Below the pieces are notes generated by a model. It did not search any database. It saw only the letters and a list, made by a program, of their open reading frames with translations, and was not told where the DNA came from. Of a stretch of DNA of 64,000 bases, positions 28,656 through 37,099 are shown in pieces. The position numbers and the translations under genes were made by a program. Origin of the DNA: Desulfosudis oleivorans (GTDB lineage: Bacteria > Desulfobacterota > Desulfobacteria > Desulfobacterales > SURF-7); contig DYJC01000004.1 in the NCBI GenBank assembly GCA_020723305.1, forward strand, positions 136,261-200,260, read 5' to 3'. Position 1 is the first letter of the stretch. Each line of letters begins with the position of its first letter.

Positions 28656-30269
28656 ATGAAGTTACAATGGCAAATCAGAGATGTCATCGACCTTGAATAT
28701 TTTCTAAATAACGGTACGGATCTCCGGGAAGGAGCAGATCACAGCGTTCTTTCCCGGACGGATCGAAAAACTTATCTGGAGTATATTCAACCAGCCCTGC
28801 TCCGAAACAAAAAGTCCATCAACGATAAAAAATGGATTCTCCGCTTCTGGCTGGAACACAAAAAAGAAACCGTGAAAACCAGTGGTGAGGGCAAAGTACT
28901 ACCAGGCGAAAGCTATCAAACCATCTTCTGGTTCATGCTGCTTTTCCTCATTGCCGTCGGTATCGCAACCGGTTCGGCAGCAACCCTCTCCTTCCTGTTC
29001 TATAAAGGAGTCTCTCCGATAAACGTCTCTGCATTTTTGGGCATTTTTGTTTTACTTCAGATTGCACTGGTTATGCTGACCGTGGTTCTATCGGTCATGA
29101 GGAGGCATATCCGACTGCTGCACAATCTTTCCATCACCCACAGGATTCTGGGTTCCCTGTTTGCCGGACTGAGCTTCAAATTAAGGGAAACTGCGGTTTC
29201 CGCACTTCCTGCAAAGGATCGAAACCGGCTGATGGCTGCCATTGGAATGGGAAAGGGAAAATATTCTCAATACGACTTCCTCTTTTTCCGGCCATTTTTC
29301 ATCCTGATGCAGGTCTTTGCAGTCTGTTTCAACGTGGGAATCCTTCTCTCTCTGATATTCAAGGTGATTGTTTCGGATCTGGCCTTTGGGTGGCAATCCA
29401 CCCTGCAGTTCAGCGCTCAGGTTGTCCATCAGGCGGTTGTTCTGTTCTCCCTTCCCTGGTCCTGGTTTGTACCCCCGGAGCTGGCCCACCCCACAATCGA
29501 ACAGATTGAAGGGAGCCGAATTGTTTTAAAAGACGGAATCTATCACCTCTCCACCTCGGGCATGATTTCCTGGTGGCCGTTTCTCTGTTTTGCAATTGCT
29601 TTTTATGGTCTGCTTCCACGGGTCATCCTTCTCCTGACCGGTATTATCGGTCAACGGCGGGCCATATCCAGAATCGATTTTCAAACTGCGGAATGCGATC
29701 AACTGATCCGGAATCTGACCACACCGGAAATCCGCACAAACGGATCTCCTATTGAACCAACTCATGATACAGAATCATTGTCTGCTCCTATTCTTCAGAA
29801 TGGCATCCCTGTCCATGATTCCCCTTTGACTGCAACCGGCGACGCCGTCATCGCCATTGTTCCGGATGATATCGATGCCTCCTGCCCGGAAGATGAGATT
29901 CGAACCCGGATTGACAAAATCACAGGGCATAAGTTGATCCGGAAAATCTCTTTTGGTGCAGATACAATACAATCCATTGAATCGATTCAAGAGATTCTGA
30001 TCCACCATGCACCGGAAAACAGGAACGCCTCCATTCTGATTCTTCGGGAGGCATGGCAGCCGCCCATCCGGGAAGCACTTCTGTTTCTCAAGCACCTCAG
30101 GAAAACCATTGGAAACCAGCCGATCATCCGAATCGGTCTGATCGGAAAACCCCTGCCGACAACCATTTTCACCCTGCCTGATCCAAACGATATAACCATT
30201 TGGAAGCTAGCCATTGCCTCACTGGGCGATCCTGCCATGACGGTGGTTATCCTCGGGGGAAAATCATGA
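28656..30269 (+). CDS. Polytopic membrane protein with soluble N- and C-terminal domains (DUF2868-like architecture)
   Basis: 537 aa, starting 1 nt after the stop of the upstream gene. About five hydrophobic helices between aa ~95 and 345. The family label rests on remembered architecture and the partner gene and has not been verified. Confidence 0.6.
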   Translation: MKLQWQIRDVIDLEYFLNNGTDLREGADHSVLSRTDRKTYLEYIQPALLRNKKSINDKKWILRFWLEHKKETVKTSGEGKVLPGESYQTIFWFMLLFLIAVGIATGSAATLSFLFYKGVSPINVSAFLGIFVLLQIALVMLTVVLSVMRRHIRLLHNLSITHRILGSLFAGLSFKLRETAVSALPAKDRNRLMAAIGMGKGKYSQYDFLFFRPFFILMQVFAVCFNVGILLSLIFKVIVSDLAFGWQSTLQFSAQVVHQAVVLFSLPWSWFVPPELAHPTIEQIEGSRIVLKDGIYHLSTSGMISWWPFLCFAIAFYGLLPRVILLLTGIIGQRRAISRIDFQTAECDQLIRNLTTPEIRTNGSPIEPTHDTESLSAPILQNGIPVHDSPLTATGDAVIAIVPDDIDASCPEDEIRTRIDKITGHKLIRKISFGADTIQSIESIQEILIHHAPENRNASILILREAWQPPIREALLFLKHLRKTIGNQPIIRIGLIGKPLPTTIFTLPDPNDITIWKLAIASLGDPAMTVVILGGKS

Positions 30270-31678
30270 ATCATAAGCATATCCCTGAGTTTGCGGTCCT
30301 CGGGCATCCGAATGAAGGTAAGTCCTCTGTTGTTTCCACACTGACGGAAGATGATAGTGTTATCATCAGCCCCACACCGGGAGAAACCCGAAAGTGCCGG
30401 TCACTCCCCGTATTCATTGATGGGAAAGAAGTTATCTGTTTTACCGACACCCCGGGTTTCCAGGTTCCTCAAAAAAGTCTGGAATGGTTTCGAAATTATT
30501 CAGGCCCGGCAAATGAAATCGTGCAGCAATTCATCCTTGCCAATAAGAACACAAAGGATTACCGGGACGAATGTGAACTGTTTGCTCCCATTGCCCGCGG
30601 TGCCGGCATCATCTATGTTGCGGACGGTTCAAGACCGGTCCGGCGTGATGACCGGGCGGAGATGGAAATATTAAGACTAACCGCCAGACCGCGGATGGCG
30701 ATCATCAACTCAAAAGACACACATAGTGATTACTCGGAAGAGTGGAAAAACGAGTTCCGAAAAAACTTCAACATCATCCGGGTTTTTAATGCCCATAATG
30801 CCACATACAAAGAACGGATTGCCCTCCTGTCCAGCTTAAAAGGGATCGACCAGGAATGGGAAGCAGCGCTGGATGATGTCATCTCGGCATTCAAGATGGA
30901 CTGGGATCATCGCATTCACCTGACTGCCGGTTTGATCACGGATCTGCTGGCTGTCTGCCTGACCCATAAGGCCACCCGGATCATCTCCGGTAATGCCCTG
31001 GAAAAAGAGGAAAAAACCAGACTCGAAAGTGCATATAAAGATGAACTGCTTGCAGTTGAAAAAAAGACCCATGAAAAAATCAGAAAGTTGTTCAAGCACA
31101 ATGTATTTCAAATTGAATTTCCACCGCATTCGATTTTAATACAAGACCTGTTCAGTGAAAAAACATGGCAGATGCTCGGGCTGACCAAAGGCCAACTGGT
31201 GACTGCCGGTGCAGCCTTTGGAGGCGCCGCAGGGATCATGATCGACATTGCGACAGTTGGTCACTCTCTGGGACTTTTCGCTGCTGTCGGAAGTGCTTTC
31301 GGCGCCGGCTCCGCGCTGTTCGGAAGCCGGCAGATGGCAAAGGCAAAAGTAGTCGGCCTGCCCATCGGCGGATACCGGATTACCGTCGGTCCCAACCGGA
31401 ACATCCAGTTTATGTATGTTCTCCTGGATCGTGCCCTGCTTTACTATTCTCAAATCATCAATTGGACTCACGGAAGAAGAGGCTATCCCGGAATCCATAC
31501 GGATATGATAGATGCAAAAAACAATAAACAGGGTTTTACCGCCCTGTTTTCAGACGAATTCAGACAGGCATGCAATCTCTTCTTCCGGGAGATACAGAAA
31601 AAGGACACCGGCCGACAGGAAATTGCAAAACAGAAAATGCAGGAAATCATCAAATCATTTCTGGATCAGCAGGCGTAA
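30266..31678 (+). CDS. P-loop GTPase with C-terminal glycine-zipper membrane hairpin (MMR_HSR1 + DUF3482-like)
   Basis: 470 aa from ATG 30266, in an ATGA overlap with the upstream stop. G1 GHPNEGKS, G3 DTPG, G4-like INSKD. Gly/Ala-rich hydrophobic segment: AGAAFGGAAGIMIDIATVGHSLGLFAAVGSAFGAGSALFG. Confidence 0.75.
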   Translation: MNHKHIPEFAVLGHPNEGKSSVVSTLTEDDSVIISPTPGETRKCRSLPVFIDGKEVICFTDTPGFQVPQKSLEWFRNYSGPANEIVQQFILANKNTKDYRDECELFAPIARGAGIIYVADGSRPVRRDDRAEMEILRLTARPRMAIINSKDTHSDYSEEWKNEFRKNFNIIRVFNAHNATYKERIALLSSLKGIDQEWEAALDDVISAFKMDWDHRIHLTAGLITDLLAVCLTHKATRIISGNALEKEEKTRLESAYKDELLAVEKKTHEKIRKLFKHNVFQIEFPPHSILIQDLFSEKTWQMLGLTKGQLVTAGAAFGGAAGIMIDIATVGHSLGLFAAVGSAFGAGSALFGSRQMAKAKVVGLPIGGYRITVGPNRNIQFMYVLLDRALLYYSQIINWTHGRRGYPGIHTDMIDAKNNKQGFTALFSDEFRQACNLFFREIQKKDTGRQEIAKQKMQEIIKSFLDQQA

Positions 31679-31725
31679 GTTTCACTTATGTCATCAATCT
31701 GATAAAAGCGAGGTCTTCCTTTACT

Positions 31726-32523
31726 ATGATTACCATCCTATTGACCTATCTGGGAGTCGGCGCTGTTGCCGGAGTGCTTGCAGGACTTTTGGGGATCGGC
31801 GGAGGGCTGGTTATCGTGCCCATGCTGGTGTTCTGTCTGACCCGGCAGGGAACTGCCCCGCAAGCGGTCATGCATATTGCCCTTGGGACGTCCATGGCCA
31901 GCATCATGTTCACGGCTGTATCGAGCTTCATGGCGCATCACAAAAGGGGAGCTGTACACTGGCCTGCTGTAGGCCGCATTGTTCCGGGAATCCTGGCCGG
32001 CACCTTCCTGGGTTCATGCGTGGCAGCAAGGCTCTCCACCAACTTTCTCAAGACCTTCTTTGTGATTTTTCTTTACTATGTGGCCTTTCAGATGCTGGCC
32101 AATAGAAAACCCCGGCCATCCCGTGGCCTGCCGGGAAAAGCGGGCATGTTCGGTGCCGGCAGCATTATCGGTCTGGTCTCCAGCCTGGTAGGAATCGGCG
32201 GGGGCACCTTATCAGTACCTTTTTTGATGTGGTGCAATCTTGCAGTTCACCATGCCATCGGAACCTCGGCAGCCATTGGTTTCCCCATCGCCATTGCCGG
32301 AACAGCCGGCTATGTCCTGAATGGCCTTCACGCCAAAGGTTTGCCGGATCTCTCTCTGGGATACATCTATCTTCCCGCCCTGGCCGGTATTGTCGCTGCC
32401 AGCGTCCTGACCGCACCTCTGGGTGTTCGTCTGGCCCATCGTCTGCCGGTTGCAAAACTCAAACGCGTGTTCGCCGTTCTCCTGATCATCACAGGAACCC
32501 GCATTCTGGCGGGTTTGATTTGA
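31726..32523 (+). CDS. TauE/SafE (TSUP, DUF81) family anion exporter
   Basis: 265 aa from ATG 31726. Motif GVLAGLLGIGGGLVIVPML, repeated in the second half as GLVSSLVGIGGGTLSVPFL. Confidence 0.85.
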   Translation: MITILLTYLGVGAVAGVLAGLLGIGGGLVIVPMLVFCLTRQGTAPQAVMHIALGTSMASIMFTAVSSFMAHHKRGAVHWPAVGRIVPGILAGTFLGSCVAARLSTNFLKTFFVIFLYYVAFQMLANRKPRPSRGLPGKAGMFGAGSIIGLVSSLVGIGGGTLSVPFLMWCNLAVHHAIGTSAAIGFPIAIAGTAGYVLNGLHAKGLPDLSLGYIYLPALAGIVAASVLTAPLGVRLAHRLPVAKLKRVFAVLLIITGTRILAGLI

Positions 32524-32619
32524 TCAACCCATATTTATTTGTCGGGTTCATATTGAATCCAAATTGCAATTGTGCTATCTGAAAAAAAGATGACTTAACT
32601 TTTTCCAAGGAGTGATTCA

Positions 32620-33102
32620 ATGAAATTAACAGCCCGCGATGTGATGGTGAAGGAGTTCAACACGATTCAACAAAATGCGCCTGTTGGAGATGCCGTGCGC
32701 ATGATTTTACAGGGTAAGACCCGTGAAACAGGATATAAAACCGTCAGCCTGATGGTTACGGACAAATTCGGAGAATTGGCCGGTGTGGTTTCCATGTTTG
32801 ATATCCTGTATCATCTGCGGCCGCCGATTTTAAATATCATAGGCGACAGTATCAATTTCCCGGAAACGGAACTCGATTCTTTTATCGAAAGATTCAAAGG
32901 GTTAAGCGTTGCACAGGTCATGAACTCCCCTGTCCGGTTTATATCTCCGGATACGGATCTGATGGTAATTATCGACCGGATGGTGAAAGAAAAAAGCAGA
33001 CGGCTGCCGGTTGTGGAAAATTCCAAAGTGATCGGCATTGTTTATCTGGCCGAAGTTTTCTGCCATATCTCCAAAAACTGGCTGAAGATTGACCTCAAGT
33101 GA
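32620..33102 (+). CDS. CBS-domain pair protein
   Basis: 160 aa with an AAGGAG RBS. Two CBS-like units (ARDVMVKEFNTI...; VAQVMNSPVRFISPDTDL...RRLPVVENSKVIGIV). Confidence 0.8.
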   Translation: MKLTARDVMVKEFNTIQQNAPVGDAVRMILQGKTRETGYKTVSLMVTDKFGELAGVVSMFDILYHLRPPILNIIGDSINFPETELDSFIERFKGLSVAQVMNSPVRFISPDTDLMVIIDRMVKEKSRRLPVVENSKVIGIVYLAEVFCHISKNWLKIDLK

Positions 33103-33225
33103 TTTTATCAATAAAAGTCGCTACAGTCCGCCAAAAATTTTTATTGCTTTTATCGCCTACATAAGGAATAAGAACAAAATCAATTTTATTGTTCTGCCTT
33201 GTCTTTTTTTAAGGAGGTTTTCATT

Positions 33226-33360
33226 ATGGATAACTGGACATTCGGACTGACCCTGATGTTCGTCGGCATGGGGGGCACAATGACGGCTCTGGCCTTTCTT
33301 GCCATCCTCATGGATCTTTTGAAAAGGGTTTTTCCGGTAAAAGAAGAACAGAAAGAATAA
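33226..33360 (+). CDS. OadG-like gamma subunit of a Na+-translocating decarboxylase (44 aa; not in the ORF track)
   Basis: An AAGGAGG RBS followed by MDNWTFGLTLMFVGMGGTMTALAFLAILMDLLKRVFPVKEEQKE*. It has a single TM helix and sits immediately upstream of the beta subunit. Confidence 0.6.
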   Translation: MDNWTFGLTLMFVGMGGTMTALAFLAILMDLLKRVFPVKEEQKE

Positions 33361-33383
33361 CGACTGAAAAGTGAGATGACACC

Positions 33384-34535
33384 ATGATTGAAGCAATTAT
33401 TAATGGACTCAGCGGGCTGGGTGCCGGCCTTGCCCATATGCACTGGTCCAATCCGGTTATGATGGCAATTGGATGCCTTCTCCTCTATCTGGGGATCAAA
33501 AAAGACGTCGAACCGATGCTTCTTGTTCCCATTGGCTTTGGTGCTGTACTGGTCAACATTCCCTTGGCAGATCTGATGGGAGAGGAGGGATTTTTACGAA
33601 CGATTTACAACATGGGGGTAACCAATGAGTTGTTTCCCCTTCTGATTTTCATAGGCATCGGTGCCATGACGGATTTTGGTCCGTTGTTGGAAAATCCTAA
33701 AATTTTTCTACTAGGTGCTGCCGGTCAGTTTGGAATCTTTCTGACCATCGGCCTGGCCCTGGCTTTCGGCTTTGACAAGCTTGATGCAGTAGCCATCGGC
33801 ATTATCGGTGCCTGTGACGGTCCCACGGCAATTTATGTAACATCGAAATACGCCCCCCATCTCCTGGGAGCCGTATCCGTAGCAGCCTACTCTTACATGT
33901 CACTTGTTCCGGTGATTCAGCCGCCGATCATGAAGTTTCTGACAACGGAAAAAGAACGCGCCATTGATATGAACGCCACCAACACGGACAATAAACCTGT
34001 TTCCAAGGAAGCAAGAATCATATTCCCCATCGTCGTCACGGTCGTCGGAGGCCTTATCGCTCCCCAAGGAGTGCCGCTTCTGGCAACCATCATGCTGGGA
34101 AATCTGATGAGAGAATGCGGCGTGGTAAACCGCCTCTACAAAGCATCTGAAAATGAGATCGCCAATGTTGTTACTCTGCTGCTGGGGATATCCATCGGTG
34201 CCACGATGGAAGGACAAGCTTTCCTGAAAGGCCAGACATTGCTCATTCTGGCGTTCGGATTTGTGGCCATCTGTCTGGATACGGTATGCGGAGTGCTTTT
34301 CGGCAAACTCATGAACCTGGTCACAGGCGGAAAAATCAACCCATTGATCGGTGCTGCCGGCATCTCCGCCTATCCAATGGCCGCCCGCGTGGTTCAGCGT
34401 GAGGGTCAGAAATACAATAAATTCAACTTTCTTCTCATGCACGCCGTGGGTGCCAACACCGGCGGACAGGTAGGGTCGGTCATGGCTGCGGCCATTATGC
34501 TCTCCGTGCTGAAAGGAATGGGTATCATACCATAA
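33384..34535 (+). CDS. Na+-translocating decarboxylase beta subunit (OadB/GcdB/MmdB family)
   Basis: 383 aa. Polytopic, with family-typical segments (LLYLGIKKDVEPMLLVPIGFG...GISAYPMAARV). Confidence 0.9.
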   Translation: MIEAIINGLSGLGAGLAHMHWSNPVMMAIGCLLLYLGIKKDVEPMLLVPIGFGAVLVNIPLADLMGEEGFLRTIYNMGVTNELFPLLIFIGIGAMTDFGPLLENPKIFLLGAAGQFGIFLTIGLALAFGFDKLDAVAIGIIGACDGPTAIYVTSKYAPHLLGAVSVAAYSYMSLVPVIQPPIMKFLTTEKERAIDMNATNTDNKPVSKEARIIFPIVVTVVGGLIAPQGVPLLATIMLGNLMRECGVVNRLYKASENEIANVVTLLLGISIGATMEGQAFLKGQTLLILAFGFVAICLDTVCGVLFGKLMNLVTGGKINPLIGAAGISAYPMAARVVQREGQKYNKFNFLLMHAVGANTGGQVGSVMAAAIMLSVLKGMGIIP

Positions 34536-34546
34536 AATAATTCCAC

Positions 34547-35044
34547 CTATTCGTTTATCAGACGGGCCAGATCATCGATCCGGGAATGATTTATGACTGC
34601 TTTTTTCTTCAGGCTGGAAGGAGAAAAAAGAGCAAATGTCCCTGTAGCCTTTGCACACAGTTGTTTTTTTTCAGTAAAGAGAAACCCTTCCATTATCGCT
34701 TCCCGATCATGATTCACCTGTATAACCGATCCCTTGGCCATCAACTCTGTTTCAATCAGAACCGGTTTCAAAAATTGGACATGGATTTCTTTGGTCATGA
34801 TGAACTTCTTCAGGATATACAATGCGGTCCGGCTCATGATCTCATCCAGAATCGCGGTAATAATTCCGCCATGAACGAGATTTTCCCACCCGCATAAATG
34901 TTCTGAAACCGTTACCCAGGAGAACACGGATTCATCCTTTGAATAAAACTTCATTCGAAGTCCGGAAGGGTTGATGGGACTGCACCCGAAACATTTATGA
35001 TTTTCTAGATTCAACAATGGCTTGTAACCTGCTCTCGGGTTCAT
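34547..35044 (-). CDS. PaaI-type hotdog-fold thioesterase
   Basis: 165 aa. FGCSPINPSGLRMKF...LVHGGIITAILDEIM pattern. Confidence 0.75.
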   Translation of the reverse strand: MNPRAGYKPLLNLENHKCFGCSPINPSGLRMKFYSKDESVFSWVTVSEHLCGWENLVHGGIITAILDEIMSRTALYILKKFIMTKEIHVQFLKPVLIETELMAKGSVIQVNHDREAIMEGFLFTEKKQLCAKATGTFALFSPSSLKKKAVINHSRIDDLARLINE

Positions 35045-35226
35045 ATTCAGTGTAAAACCTTTTTTTTAACGGTTAGGATATTGAATTACCAAAATAATAT
35101 CATCTCCTCGGAAATATTCCAAGCTCCTTTTTTTTAAAAGACGTTGCTTTTCGGATTTCATGAGCCGGTACTGCACAGAATTTCAGGGGATAAGTAAAAG
35201 TGTTGGGTTTCAACCTGAATATGGAA

Positions 35227-35274
35227 ACCGACTTTCGCCGGTGTGATGCTTTTTTTGAATTTTGAAATCAGCTC
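35227..35274 (+). mobile_element. MITE-like repeat, right-half fragment (copy E)
   Basis: ACCGACTTTCGCCGGTGTGATGCTTTTTTTGAATTTTGAAATCAGCTC matches the right ~48 nt of copies A and B. No left half is present. Confidence 0.55.
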
Positions 35275-35389
35275 CATGGAAAAAAAATATTGACAATAAA
35301 TTAAAAAAAATAGTTTATAGAAAAACTATTCATTTTTTTCAGTATAACAAACCTTGCTGGGTAAAAACCTATTAAAAGGAGTAACGCAC

Positions 35390-36145
35390 TTGGACTTAGG
35401 AATTTTTGGAAGTATTCATTTTACTTGGGCTTTTCTTACCAGCTTGCTCAGTATCGTAATCATCGATCTTATCTTGGCTGGAGACAACGCCGTTGTGATC
35501 GCCATGGCGGTTCGATCCTTGCCTGCTGATAAAAGAAAAAAGGGGATCATCCTTGGAGCCGGGGCGGCGGTGCTGCTCAGGGTTATAGCCACGTTTTTTG
35601 TATCCCAGATGCTGCAGATCCACTATGTGAAACTCGTGGGCGGGGCGCTGATCCTCTGGATTGCGGTCAAGCTTTTCATGGAAGGCGCTCCGGAAGAAGG
35701 CACTGAGCGCGAGGCCACAACGATTGCACAGGCGATAAAAATCATTGTCATCGCCGACATCACCATGTCCATCGACAATATGCTGGCAGTAGGAGGCGCC
35801 TCCCACGGCAATATGTTCCTGCTTCTATTCGGACTTGGGCTCAGCATCCCCCTTGTAGTACTCACCAGCAACCTGTTGTCCATGCTTATGGACAAATACC
35901 CTATCATCATCTATATCGGCGCTGGTGTCCTTGGAAAGGTCGGCGGTGAAATGCTCATGACCGATCCCTTTACCGTCAAATTGTTACAGCCCAGTCCCAT
36001 GTTCCGGTATGCGGTGGAGGCTGGTTTTGCAATCGGCGTGATTGTGGTCGGAAAACTCTGGATGCGCTGGATGATCAAGAAAGATCAGAAAGAAACCATG
36101 GGTGATATTCGTGAAATGGCTTCCAAGGCGGAAAAACAAAAATAA
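35390..36145 (+). CDS. TerC/YjbE-family integral membrane protein
   Basis: A TTG start at 35390 with an AAAGGAG RBS 8 nt upstream (the track begins at TTG 35354). Motif IIDLILAGDNAVVIAMA, repeated as ADITMSIDNMLAV. Confidence 0.8.
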   Translation: MDLGIFGSIHFTWAFLTSLLSIVIIDLILAGDNAVVIAMAVRSLPADKRKKGIILGAGAAVLLRVIATFFVSQMLQIHYVKLVGGALILWIAVKLFMEGAPEEGTEREATTIAQAIKIIVIADITMSIDNMLAVGGASHGNMFLLLFGLGLSIPLVVLTSNLLSMLMDKYPIIIYIGAGVLGKVGGEMLMTDPFTVKLLQPSPMFRYAVEAGFAIGVIVVGKLWMRWMIKKDQKETMGDIREMASKAEKQK

Positions 36146-36154
36146 GGAAATAAT

Positions 36155-36958
36155 ATGGCAATTTTAACAATATCGAGAGAACTCGGCAGTGGTGGAAGGG
36201 AAATCGGCCAGGCAATTGCCCAGGATCTGGGATACGATTTTGTGGATAAGGCGCGAATTTTAAATGACTTGCAGGGCATAGGCAAGAATTGGGAAAAATG
36301 GGGCGAATCCATGGATGAACGTTGCCCCACCATCTGGGAAAAATATGACTGGTCTTTTCGCGGCTTCGGCGCTCTGATTCAGAGCACCATATTGAACTAC
36401 GCCATGAAGGATAGCGTGGTTTTAATAGGAAGAGGAGCCAATTTCATTCTTGAGGGGATTCCCTTTGCCGATAGAATACATGTGATGGCTCCAATAGAGA
36501 ATCGTATTTCGCAAATTATGGTACGTGAGTCCATGAACCGCGAAGCCGCCCTCTGGCTTATAGAAAAAACAGACCGTGACCGAAGTTGTTTCATCTTTTC
36601 CTTGTATGGCAAGCGCTGGGGCGACCCGGAGGAATACGATGATGTGGTAAACACTGCCGAACAATCAGTCGATAATATCACGGCCACAATAAAAGAGATT
36701 TTAAATCAAAAGGATCGGCACCCCAATGAACCCGGCTGGAAGGAACTTGAAATGCGTGCGGCAGCCGCCAAGGTAAAAACCGGAATCCTGACCGACCAGA
36801 GTATTTTCATTCCAACCCTGGATATATTTTATGACGGAAGCAGCATCGTAGTAAAAGGGATCATTCATAATCCCAAGGAGCATAAAAAAATTGAGACAAA
36901 AGCAGCTTCCCTTGCGGGCAATTATCCTTTGCGGTGCGACCTGCATTACCGGAGATAG
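36155..36958 (+). CDS. Cytidylate-kinase-like family protein
   Basis: 267 aa. N-terminal ILTISRELGSGGREIGQAIAQDLGY is typical of the CMP-kinase-like (AAA_18-type) family. Confidence 0.7.
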   Translation: MAILTISRELGSGGREIGQAIAQDLGYDFVDKARILNDLQGIGKNWEKWGESMDERCPTIWEKYDWSFRGFGALIQSTILNYAMKDSVVLIGRGANFILEGIPFADRIHVMAPIENRISQIMVRESMNREAALWLIEKTDRDRSCFIFSLYGKRWGDPEEYDDVVNTAEQSVDNITATIKEILNQKDRHPNEPGWKELEMRAAAAKVKTGILTDQSIFIPTLDIFYDGSSIVVKGIIHNPKEHKKIETKAASLAGNYPLRCDLHYRR

Positions 36959-36989
36959 TCTCCTTCAACCCTTTCGCAAAACCGGAATC

Positions 36990-37030
36990 AGAGGCTATCA
37001 CAGAGATCAAATCCATTTCTGATAGCCTCT
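36990..37030. terminator. Hairpin between convergent genes (terminator candidate)
   Basis: A perfect 11-bp inverted repeat AGAGGCTATCA ... TGATAGCCTCT with a 19-nt spacer. No strong T-run follows. Confidence 0.45.
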
Positions 37031-37099
37031 ATCCAACTCCGGTAAAAAAGAATCATGATGGCGATCCAAAAAGCTGACAATGCCGAAACCTAAACTGTT

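Noticed and set aside
31512-32105. 197-aa ORF, and the 52-aa N-terminal extension of the TauE ORF (31570-31725)
   Set aside because: The 197-aa ORF is out of frame and overlaps the TauE gene and the GTPase 3' end; it is Arg/Cys/His-rich. The TauE extension overlaps the GTPase gene. MITILLTYLGVGAVAG at 31726 is the natural N-terminus.
35280-35389. A Mn2+ (yybP-ykoY) riboswitch upstream of the TerC-family gene
   Set aside because: I looked for one because TerC genes often carry it. The leader is short, AT-rich and lacks any conserved GC-rich helices. Only a weak TTGACA promoter-like hexamer is present.
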